Positions 35,801 through 45,279 of a stretch of 45,279 nucleotides of DNA are shown piece after piece. How positions within the stretch are numbered: position 1 is the stretch's first letter; each line of letters opens with the position of its first letter. The notes beneath the pieces were generated by a model. The model was not told the origin of the DNA, made no database searches, and saw only the letters and a program-made list of their open reading frames with translations. The DNA comes from Candidatus Levyibacteriota bacterium (GTDB taxonomy: Bacteria > Patescibacteriota > Microgenomatia > Levybacterales > UBA12049): positions 1-45,279 of the forward strand of contig JACPGQ010000027.1 in the NCBI GenBank assembly GCA_016188975.1, written 5' to 3'. The position numbers and the translations under genes are program-made.

Positions 35801-36793
35801 TTATAATTTCCCGAGTATCAATGCCAATAGTGCCATTCTTACATACACTCCGTTTTCGATTTCATCTCGAAAATATATTGCTCTCGAATCACTGTCAACT
35901 TCCGTGAGGATTTCTCCTACCCGTGGAAGCGGATGCATGAGGATGAGCTGGTCACTGCCATATGTATCAACGAGTTTTTTCGTGAGAATGAAGCTGTTTT
36001 TTGTGCGTTCGTATTCGTTTAGGTCAGTGAACCGTTCTTTTTGCACACGCGTCCAATACCAAACATGTGCGTCTTTGGGTAGGTCAGTTTCTTTTTCTAT
36101 TTCTACCATTTTTACTCCTCGCTCTTTGTAAAGATTGAAATGTTGTCTACTCAGACGGAGTATTTTTGGCGAGAGAAGATACACCGTAGTATTTTTGAAG
36201 AGGCTTAAACCCAGGAGTACCGAATGAACGGTTCTGCCATTGAGCATGTCTCCAGCAAAAACGACTGTGAGATTATCAAGCGTCCCAAATCGATTATTGA
36301 TCGTATATAAATCCATCAGTGCTTGGGTTGGGTGCTCTCCTATGCCATCACCGGCATTGATAAGTGGAACGTTTGCGGCATTTGCGGCATTTGCGGCGGC
36401 CCCTGTTTCTGAATGACGGAGGACGATCAGGTCAGAGTATGTTTGGAAAACACCCATGGTATCTTCAAGCGTTTCGCCTTTTGCAACAGACGATGAGGTT
36501 TTTGCATCATGTATTGGAATTGTTTGGCCACCAAGCCGCAAAGTGCTTGACGAGAATGAACCAAACGTCCTACTCGAAGGTTCATAAAAAAGAAGGGTAA
36601 CAATGTTACCCTTCAGAAGATCAAGTATCGTCCCCTTCTTGCGAAGCTTCGCCATTTCATCGGCATGTTGGAAAAGAATTCCTAGGGATCTTTGGTCAAA
36701 TTGAGAAAGCGAGAGGATGTCTTGCCCTTTGAAGTTTCCGTTAATCCCGGTTTGATCGGGATTAATTTGAGGTGCTTTTACGGATATAGCCAT
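35801..36793 (-). CDS. pyrB: Aspartate carbamoyltransferase catalytic subunit
   Basis: FYEPSSRT, KGETLEDT, NAGDG.GEHPTQAL, GRTVHS, TRVQKER, MHPLPR. Confidence 0.97.
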   Translation of the reverse strand: MAISVKAPQINPDQTGINGNFKGQDILSLSQFDQRSLGILFQHADEMAKLRKKGTILDLLKGNIVTLLFYEPSSRTFGSFSSSTLRLGGQTIPIHDAKTSSSVAKGETLEDTMGVFQTYSDLIVLRHSETGAAANAANAANVPLINAGDGIGEHPTQALMDLYTINNRFGTLDNLTVVFAGDMLNGRTVHSVLLGLSLFKNTTVYLLSPKILRLSRQHFNLYKERGVKMVEIEKETDLPKDAHVWYWTRVQKERFTDLNEYERTKNSFILTKKLVDTYGSDQLILMHPLPRVGEILTEVDSDSRAIYFRDEIENGVYVRMALLALILGKL

Positions 36794-36845
36794 AAAAAAT
36801 CAGAACGTGTGTCTCCCCTGGGGGCGAGATTGGTTCTGAGATTTA

Positions 36846-36874
36846 ACTATACTCATTTGTCAGGTTTTTGTCAA
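36846..36874 (-). promoter_or_regulatory. Sigma70 promoter of the pyr/car operon
   Basis: TTGACA-17 bp-TATAGT on the minus strand. Confidence 0.8.
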
Positions 36875-36915
36875 CGATCAGTTGAGTGGCCATTCAGTTC
36901 TTTCCCATGAATGTG

Positions 36916-37245
36916 TCATCTCGAGTCTTCGACGAGAGATCTACTAGGAGATTTCTCCTCGCCTTTGGTGGGTCGAAATGACAACGTATTGGAGAAAACT
37001 GAGTATATACTCAGTTGATTAGTAATAAAGATCGGGTGGTATTGGCGCTCCAGGTTGCTTGGCACAAATTCCGGCAATGAAGCCAGAGCCGCTCGTGCTT
37101 CAATTTCTGAAAAAACTGTACCAGCTTGCGTAACTTTGCTTTCGCCAGAAACAGCGACTGGAGGTTCTCCCGGAACTGCGAGGAGAATAGGTGTTGGTTC
37201 AGGAGTCGTTTGCTTCTCTTCTGAAGACAGTCTCAGTCCTTCCAT
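36916..37245 (-). CDS. Hypothetical protein
   Basis: ORF; start chosen at MEGLR just after the upstream stop. Confidence 0.5.
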   Translation of the reverse strand: MEGLRLSSEEKQTTPEPTPILLAVPGEPPVAVSGESKVTQAGTVFSEIEARAALASLPEFVPSNLERQYHPIFITNQLSIYSVFSNTLSFRPTKGEEKSPSRSLVEDSR

Positions 37246-37252
37246 AAAAGTA

Positions 37253-37768
37253 TTATCGTATCTCGCCCGTTGGGATCGGTTCCCAGTGATAAACTCGTGT
37301 GGGTTCGAAACTGACAACCGTGAATGTGGTTTGATCTCTCACAATCGCTGCCAATGGGCTCTTTTCAAAAGCGTACCTATTGGGAGATGTCCGAAACATA
37401 ATACTGCATTCTGTTTCGCGAATTCGAGAAAGAGAACCGAGTGCTGACACAAATTGATCGGGAAGCGGTCGTTCAGTAGCAATTTGAATGTCGATAATAT
37501 CTGTATGCACGTTGTCGTTATTCGCTTCAGATCTTACGATGGCTTCCCCTGCCCTAAGACCAACGAAGTCTGCATGTTTGAGTCCAGCGAAAGCTTCTTG
37601 TGCACGGAATGCTGCTAACCTAACTTCTTCTGGAAGCGATGCAATATCACCATGCGGGTGAAGAAGAAATTTGGCAACAGCGTTTGGATCTTTTTTTTCT
37701 GGTCTCCCCTCTTCTAAGCCTGCGAAAGAAGCCTCTCTCAGATGGCCTTCGGTGTCTATATATGCCAT
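37253..37768 (-). CDS. Hypothetical protein
   Basis: ORF from MAYIDT, preceded by TGGTATAAT. Confidence 0.6.
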   Translation of the reverse strand: MAYIDTEGHLREASFAGLEEGRPEKKDPNAVAKFLLHPHGDIASLPEEVRLAAFRAQEAFAGLKHADFVGLRAGEAIVRSEANNDNVHTDIIDIQIATERPLPDQFVSALGSLSRIRETECSIMFRTSPNRYAFEKSPLAAIVRDQTTFTVVSFEPTRVYHWEPIPTGEIR

Positions 37769-37778
37769 AAGGAGGGTA

Positions 37779-38630
37779 TTATACCATACTCGCAGCCTCA
37801 ATGACGTTTTTGAGGAGCATGGCGACATTGACTGGTCCGATGCCCCCCAGGACTGGTGTGTAGAATGAGGCGATATCTTTTATTTCATCCTCCTCATAGT
37901 CACCGTGCAATTTGCCGTCGTTTCCGCGAAACATGCCGATGCTGAGGAGTATTACGCCTTTTTTGATTTCGTCAGCTTTTACCATTCGAGCTCGTCCAAC
38001 ACATGAGACGATGATGTCTGCTTGTTTCTTGGGCTCCTCTGGACGTTGTGTTTTACTGTCAATGACTGTCGGTTCGACTCCTAATTTTTTCAGCTTTTGG
38101 ATAATTGGCATGCCACCTGTCTCTCCTTTCCCAATAACAACAACCTTTTTCTGTCTCAGCCACCTCCTCAAGGCCACGCCTTGCGGGCCCGCAAGGCGTG
38201 GCCTTGCAGAAATCTCTTCTAGAATTACTACGACCGCTTCGGCGATGGGAGGAGTAAATGCAGACAGCGGGTGGAATCCATCGACATCCTTTTTTGGATC
38301 CGTTGCCTCGACGAGTTTTTTTGCATCAATATGATCTGGGAGTGGTTGCTGGATAATGATTCCATGAACATTGTTGTCATTGTTGCATTGTTCGATTGCT
38401 GATAAGAGAAGTGTAGTTGTAACATTTTCTTTATAGTGATGTATCGATACATGAATACCGATAGCTTCACCTTTTAACTTTTTTTGCCGGACATACGCTT
38501 CAGATGCAGGATCATTTCCTACCAAGATAACCACAAGGTGGGGGTTTATTCCTTTTGTCTTGAGTGTCGTGACCTGTGCTCGGAGCGTTTCGAGGATTGT
38601 TGTGGCAAGCTGTTTTCCGTCAATCTTCAT
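37779..38630 (-). CDS. folD: Bifunctional methylene-THF dehydrogenase/cyclohydrolase
   Basis: IDGK, VGNDPASEAYVRQK, HGIIIQQPLP, KDVDG, GGIGPVNVAMLL.N. Confidence 0.95.
   Translation of the reverse strand: MKIDGKQLATTILETLRAQVTTLKTKGINPHLVVILVGNDPASEAYVRQKKLKGEAIGIHVSIHHYKENVTTTLLLSAIEQCNNDNNVHGIIIQQPLPDHIDAKKLVEATDPKKDVDGFHPLSAFTPPIAEAVVVILEEISARPRLAGPQGVALRRWLRQKKVVVIGKGETGGMPIIQKLKKLGVEPTVIDSKTQRPEEPKKQADIIVSCVGRARMVKADEIKKGVILLSIGMFRGNDGKLHGDYEEDEIKDIASFYTPVLGGIGPVNVAMLLKNVIEAASMV
38169..38206. repeat. Perfect 38 bp palindrome in frame in folD
   Basis: CAAGGCCACGCCTTGCGGG|CCCGCAAGGCGTGGCCTTG. Confidence 0.9.
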
Positions 38631-38636
38631 TTGCGT

Positions 38637-38668
38637 ACAAGGAGACTCCTAGATAGGAGTCTCCTTGT
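38637..38668. repeat. Perfect hairpin between gyrA and folD
   Basis: ACAAGGAGACTCCTA-GA-TAGGAGTCTCCTTGT. Confidence 0.85.
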
Positions 38669-38669
38669 T

Positions 38670-41228
38670 TTAGCTAGATTCTTTTTCGATACACGTTGCT
38701 GAGACAATTTTGTCTGATTTATCCGAAAAACGCATCAGGATCACTCCTTGGGTGTCGCGTGAGAGTTTAGGAATCTGTGAAACCGGAAGTTTCACTACCT
38801 GGCCTTTCAGGGACGTGATAATTATCTCATCAGCATTTGCAGGGATGATCTGTGAAACGACAACCTTGCCTGTTTTGGGCGAAATCTTCGCGACCTTTAT
38901 TCCCTGCCCTCCTCTGTTTTGTCCCCGAAAAAGATCAGCTGCTGTTTTTTTACCGAGCCCGTTTTCCATGAGAGTGAGAAACTGTGGTTTATCACCTTTC
39001 CCAATGACATCCATTCCTATCACGACATCCTCTCCGATGAGCTTTATCCCAGATACTCCCATTGTCGCCCTTCCTAATGGCCTGACTGATTTTTCTGAAA
39101 AGCGAATGACTTTTCCATCCCTTGTCACAATAAAGACATCATCCTCACCATGAGTTAGGTTGCTCCAGACAAGCTCATCGTCTTTATCGAGCTTAATTGC
39201 CACAATGCCGTTTCTCCTGATATTTTCAAACTCCTTCAGAGCAGTTTTTTTGACCGTGCCTTTTCTGGTTGTGAGGAAAACATACCTATCTTTTGTATCT
39301 TTCCCATAGGCGATGAAAGATTCCACCTTTTCACCTGCTTCAATGTTGAGGAGATTCACGATCGCCGTGCCTTTTGAGATTCTGCTTCCTTCCGAGATAT
39401 CAAATGAGCGTATTTGGTAAACTTTTCCTTTATTCGTGAAGAAAAGTATATTGTCATGCGTCTCTGCAAAGCGGATGAGGTAGATTGCATCCTCTTCTTT
39501 GGTTGTCATGCCTTTTACTCCTTTCCCTCCCCGTTGTTGGGTATGGAAGCTGTTGAGTGATTGGCGTTTGATGTAACCGGTATTGGTAAGCGTGATAACA
39601 GTTGACTCATTGGGGATAAGATCTTCCTCTGAGAATTCACCGATCTTGCCTTTGTAGACTTTGGTTCGCCGTTCATCGCCGTATTTGTCCCTCAGTTTCT
39701 TAAGCTCGTCTTTGATAACCGTCAAAATTTTCTCAGGATGCGCGAGGAGATCTTCAAGGTAGGCAATGGTTTCTTTTACCATCAGAAGTTCATCTTCAAT
39801 TTTTTGCCTCTCGAGTGCTGCGAGGCGGCGCAGCTGCATATCAAGGATTGCTGTAGCCTGAATTTCAGAGAGTTTAAACTTGCTCATCAAGTTTTTCTTT
39901 GCATCGTCCTGGTCTTTGGATTCGCGGATTGTTTTGATCACCGCATCGATATGATCAACAGCGATTTTGAGTCCTTCAAGAATGTGAAGCCGTGCTTTTG
40001 CTTGCCTTAATTCAAACTCCGAGCGGCGTTTGACGACAATGTAGCGGTGTTTGAGGTACTCTTCTAGAATCGTTTTCAGATTGAGCGTTTGTGGTGTCCC
40101 ATCGACCAAAGCGACCATATTGACTGGGAATGTTGTCTGGAGCGCTGTATGTTTAAAGAGGTTATTGAGGATTTTTTTCGGCACTGCATCGCGTTTCAGT
40201 TCGATATATATTCGAAGTCCCCTTCTATCTGATTCATCACGAAGGTCTGAGATACCTTCAATTTTCTTCTCTTTTGCCAAATCCGCGATTCGTGCGACGA
40301 GTTGCGCTTTGTTTACCTGATACGGTAGCTCTGTCACGATAATTGCAGACTTGCCTTGTCCGACATCTTCGATCTCTGCTTTTCCGCGGATGACGATCTT
40401 GCCACGTCCAGTAATATACGCGTTTTTAATCTCAGCTGCGTCATAAATTGCACCAGCTGTCGGGAAATCAGGACCTTTGACAAATACAAGCAGTTCATCA
40501 ATGGTTGCCTCGGAGCTGAGAATGACTTCTCCTTTTGTGGCTACGGGTTCGACATCTTTTCCTGTTGTGAGAACTGAGCTTTCTTTGCCGTCTTTTCCCA
40601 TCGTGCTTTTCTTGTCAGAAAGTGTAAACGTCGTCTTCCCGATCATGTGAATAATCGCATCTACGACTTCACTGAGATTGTGGGGCGGGATCTTTGTTGC
40701 CATACCGACAGCGATTCCTTCTGATCCCATGAGCAAGAGGTTTGGAAGCTTTGCCGGAAGATAGATAGGCTCTTGCATGGTGGCGTCAAAATTTGGAAGG
40801 TAATCGACTGTCTCTTTTTCTAAATCAGCCAGAAGTTCTGAAGCAATTGCTGCCATTCGTGCCTCTGTATAGCGCATCGCAGCCGGAGGATCACCGTCAA
40901 TTGAGCCGAAGTTTCCTTGCCCATCTATCAAAGGGTAGCGCATCGCAAAGTCTTGAGCGAGGCGGACGAGTGCGTCATAGATTGGCATATCGCCATGAGG
41001 ATGGTATTTACCCATGACCTCTCCGACGATTTTTGCTGACTTTGAGTATTTCGCCTGATGCGTGAGGTTCATCTCATGCATGGCAAAGAGAATCCGTCTG
41101 TGAACTGGTTTGAGGCCGTCTCGTACATCAGGGAGTGCCCTCGCGACAATGACAGACATGGCGTAATTGAGGTACGCCTTCTTCATTTCCTGTGTAATAT
41201 TGACTTGTTGTAACTTACCAATCTGCAT
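38670..41228 (-). CDS. gyrA: DNA gyrase subunit A
   Basis: [29 protein letters not shown], GyrA-box QQRGGKG, C-terminal pinwheel repeats. Confidence 0.98.
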   Translation of the reverse strand: MQIGKLQQVNITQEMKKAYLNYAMSVIVARALPDVRDGLKPVHRRILFAMHEMNLTHQAKYSKSAKIVGEVMGKYHPHGDMPIYDALVRLAQDFAMRYPLIDGQGNFGSIDGDPPAAMRYTEARMAAIASELLADLEKETVDYLPNFDATMQEPIYLPAKLPNLLLMGSEGIAVGMATKIPPHNLSEVVDAIIHMIGKTTFTLSDKKSTMGKDGKESSVLTTGKDVEPVATKGEVILSSEATIDELLVFVKGPDFPTAGAIYDAAEIKNAYITGRGKIVIRGKAEIEDVGQGKSAIIVTELPYQVNKAQLVARIADLAKEKKIEGISDLRDESDRRGLRIYIELKRDAVPKKILNNLFKHTALQTTFPVNMVALVDGTPQTLNLKTILEEYLKHRYIVVKRRSEFELRQAKARLHILEGLKIAVDHIDAVIKTIRESKDQDDAKKNLMSKFKLSEIQATAILDMQLRRLAALERQKIEDELLMVKETIAYLEDLLAHPEKILTVIKDELKKLRDKYGDERRTKVYKGKIGEFSEEDLIPNESTVITLTNTGYIKRQSLNSFHTQQRGGKGVKGMTTKEEDAIYLIRFAETHDNILFFTNKGKVYQIRSFDISEGSRISKGTAIVNLLNIEAGEKVESFIAYGKDTKDRYVFLTTRKGTVKKTALKEFENIRRNGIVAIKLDKDDELVWSNLTHGEDDVFIVTRDGKVIRFSEKSVRPLGRATMGVSGIKLIGEDVVIGMDVIGKGDKPQFLTLMENGLGKKTAADLFRGQNRGGQGIKVAKISPKTGKVVVSQIIPANADEIIITSLKGQVVKLPVSQIPKLSRDTQGVILMRFSDKSDKIVSATCIEKESS

Positions 41229-41240
41229 AATTATTTTGAA

Positions 41241-41350
41241 CTAGGTTTGGTTTTGGGTTTAGCTGCCAGTATAGTTAAAAGGTATGGTCAAAGGAAAATA
41301 ACACTTAGCCTTTTGACAATACCCTTACTGGCTGCACAATCATACCTAGA
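41241..41350. repeat. Dispersed structured element, copy 2
   Basis: Aligns with 16409-16520; stems GCCAGTA/TACTGGC and GGTATGGTCAAA/TTTGACAATACC. Confidence 0.85.
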
Positions 41351-41353
41351 CCT

Positions 41354-41872
41354 TCATACTTTCAGCCCTTTCTTGATCGCTTCTACCGCCTTATCCTTCC
41401 CCTGCCAATTTTTCACTTTTACCCACTTCCCCGGCTCGAGTGTCTTGTAATTCTCAAAGAAATGCTTCATTTTGTTTTTGATCGCTTCGGGTACATCTTC
41501 GATGGTGACGAAACTTCCGAAGAACGGATCGATCTTTTTCGTGGGGACAGCAAGGATTTTGGTATCAATTCCTGCTTCATCCTCCATCTCAAGCATTCCT
41601 ATGACGACTGACGGGATCACAACACCCGGGGCAACAGGATGCTCACTCATGACGAGGACATCAACTGCGTCACCATCTTCTGCATGCGTCCCTGGGATAA
41701 ATCCATAGTTAAATGGGTAGACCATTGCCGTATGGAGAAACCGATCGACAAAAATAAATCCAGAATCCTTGTCAACCTCGTATTTGATATTCGAATCCTT
41801 CGGAATCTCGATAAGAACATTTACTTCCCCGGCTTGTGGATTTTTACCTGATGATAATTTACTAAAATTCAT
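41354..41872 (-). CDS. ppa: Inorganic pyrophosphatase (family I)
   Basis: [37 protein letters not shown]. Confidence 0.97.
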   Translation of the reverse strand: MNFSKLSSGKNPQAGEVNVLIEIPKDSNIKYEVDKDSGFIFVDRFLHTAMVYPFNYGFIPGTHAEDGDAVDVLVMSEHPVAPGVVIPSVVIGMLEMEDEAGIDTKILAVPTKKIDPFFGSFVTIEDVPEAIKNKMKHFFENYKTLEPGKWVKVKNWQGKDKAVEAIKKGLKV

Positions 41873-41934
41873 TTGGTATCACCTCCCCTAGCTAATCATT
41901 TGGCTTTATTTTGCGCTATCTCCACAATAAAAAT

Positions 41935-42219
41935 TTATCCCCAATAGCCACGAGTAGATATAGGATCCACCCTTTGTAATTTTCCTGCTGATTCCGTATT
42001 TGGAATAGCAACAACTATTGTTACTGTTGGGCCTTCGCTCACCCAGTCTCCTCGTGTTGATCTAGGCACAACCCTTCTTGCTCCTTGTGCGTCTTCTGTT
42101 TTTGGCAACTTAAAAACCAATGGCTCAAGGTCTCCATAATGTCCGCGAACTGAGACTGGTTCAACTACTTGAAAATTTCGAAACCCGAAACGTCTTGGTC
42201 TTGCTTCTTGTATTATCAT
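41935..42219 (-). CDS. Small hypothetical protein
   Basis: 94 aa ORF with strong SD (AAGGAGGT) upstream. Confidence 0.6.
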   Translation of the reverse strand: MIIQEARPRRFGFRNFQVVEPVSVRGHYGDLEPLVFKLPKTEDAQGARRVVPRSTRGDWVSEGPTVTIVVAIPNTESAGKLQRVDPISTRGYWG

Positions 42220-42241
42220 ACTAACCTCCTTTTCCCTTATT

Positions 42242-42297
42242 TGTCATTCTGAGGCTTCGCCGAAGAATCTAAATTCTTCACTACGTTCAGAAAGACG
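42242..42297. repeat. Intergenic member of the GTCAT...ATGAC palindromic family
   Basis: TGTCATTCTGA...GAAGAAT..ATTCTTC...TCAGAAAGAC. Confidence 0.8.
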
Positions 42298-42350
42298 TTT
42301 TTTTTACTTTTACATTGCAATTTTGAATTTTGCGTTTTGATCTTCGCACT

Positions 42351-42352
<2 letters not shown>
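42298..42352. repeat. Degenerate heptamer array after the gyrB stop
   Basis: TTTTACT TTTACAT TGCAATT TTGAATT TTGCGTT TTGATCT TCGCACT. Confidence 0.7.
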
Positions 42353-44405
<2,053 letters not shown>

Positions 44406-44424
44406 TCAGTTTTCCAATGAGTTG

Positions 44425-45072
44425 TTATTTCGATCCCGATGCAATCGGGGAGAAATCTTTATTGGTCTGTTCGGTGGGAAGGGGCTCTCTTTTCGTGAAC
44501 TCGTCTTTTACGGCCATTACAACTCCCATACCTGCCTCAAGTTCTGCCCGCTCTTTGCGTGATAAACGTCTTCCTGACGAATCTTTTACTGACCGTCCCT
44601 CAATATCAGCATTCATGAGTATTTCTTCAGAGTGATCGTCACCTACCTTCACAAGGGCTACCTGTGAAAGTTCTGGTTGCTCGCCTTCTTTCCATGTGTA
44701 TCGCCCAACAATATGAACACTTTCGTGTCCATTAAGTAGTAAAAGGGATAGTGCGGTTCGTGATAGGCAAACACGGTAAGAGGATCCTTTAACCTCCCTG
44801 CCTTCTCCTAAAGCGTATTGCCCGTCATCTCCTCTATACCGCTCTTCTTGTGGTGTCATTGCATAGATAGAGATGAGACCACCAAGAATATATTGCTCAA
44901 CACCATTTGGGGTACGGTGACCGATTTCATCATCAATTTGTCCCTGGGTTGGTCGAGAATCTGTTGGGATTGCAGAGAGCACTTGTTGGAACACGTGGTC
45001 TTTTCCAAAAGAACTTCTTTCCTGTGAGAACAGTGGTTCATATGTGTGTGTTGCTATTTCCTCCTCTGCCAT
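44425..45072 (-). CDS. Hypothetical protein
   Basis: Long ORF co-oriented with neighbours; start uncertain (45072 or 45102). Confidence 0.65.
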   Translation of the reverse strand: MAEEEIATHTYEPLFSQERSSFGKDHVFQQVLSAIPTDSRPTQGQIDDEIGHRTPNGVEQYILGGLISIYAMTPQEERYRGDDGQYALGEGREVKGSSYRVCLSRTALSLLLLNGHESVHIVGRYTWKEGEQPELSQVALVKVGDDHSEEILMNADIEGRSVKDSSGRRLSRKERAELEAGMGVVMAVKDEFTKREPLPTEQTNKDFSPIASGSK

Positions 45073-45140
45073 CTTCGCATTATGTGCAGTGTCGATGCAC
45101 ATATAGGTAAATGATGGATGAGAGAGAGGTAAGAATCCAC

Positions 45141-45163
45141 AAAAACCCCGGTTCCCCGGGGTT
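45141..45163 (-). terminator. Intrinsic terminator
   Basis: AACCCCGG-GGAA-CCGGGGTT hairpin followed by a T run on the minus strand. Confidence 0.7.
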
Positions 45164-45184
45164 GAGAAGAGAAGGAGTGTTAGG

Positions 45185-45279
45185 CTACCTCGTTACAGAG
45201 ATGGTCTCTGAGAGTTCAGCACCAGGAGCTGAGACAGTGATTCTGCTGTTGTCACTGATCTGCTGGATATCATAGCCTG
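45185..45279 (-). CDS. 3' end of an unidentified gene (partial)
   Basis: Open frame GYDIQQISDNSRITVSAPGAELSETISVTR* ending just before the terminator. Confidence 0.4.
   Translation of the reverse strand, partial: GYDIQQISDNSRITVSAPGAELSETISVTR

Overview
This 45 kb window is gene-dense bacterial chromosome. Gene style (divergent housekeeping genes, many apparently leaderless genes, short orphans) suggests a Patescibacteria/CPR, probably Microgenomates-type, genome; this is an inference, as the window has no marker gene. Genes run mostly + up to 12.8 kb (ddl, maf, def, NIF3-like, efp, MFS, lgt-like, rluA, yebC). From 14.1 kb they run mostly - (trehalase, transaldolase, GH18, crp, pyrB-carA-carB-pyrC, folD, gyrA, ppa, gyrB). 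The two sets converge on a 1.4 kb non-coding region holding a dif-like site, 4.4 kb from an XerC/D gene, which is probably the replication terminus. Three things stand out. (1) A convergent six-gene, highly divergent FAS-II-like cluster (2x KAS III, KAS II, KR, double-hotdog DH, ER-like SDR) with no ACP/FabD/ACC. It sits beside a Crp/Fnr gene, has a Crp-type box at -41.5, and four of its six proteins end in -AA. (2) Palindromic and short-period repeat DNA inserted in frame in many housekeeping genes (rluA, tal, pyrC, carB, carA, folD, gyrB), with relatives between genes and around a four-helix-bundle gene. (3) A ~110 bp structured element present twice, 25 kb apart. All calls come from motif reading by eye; no searches were run.
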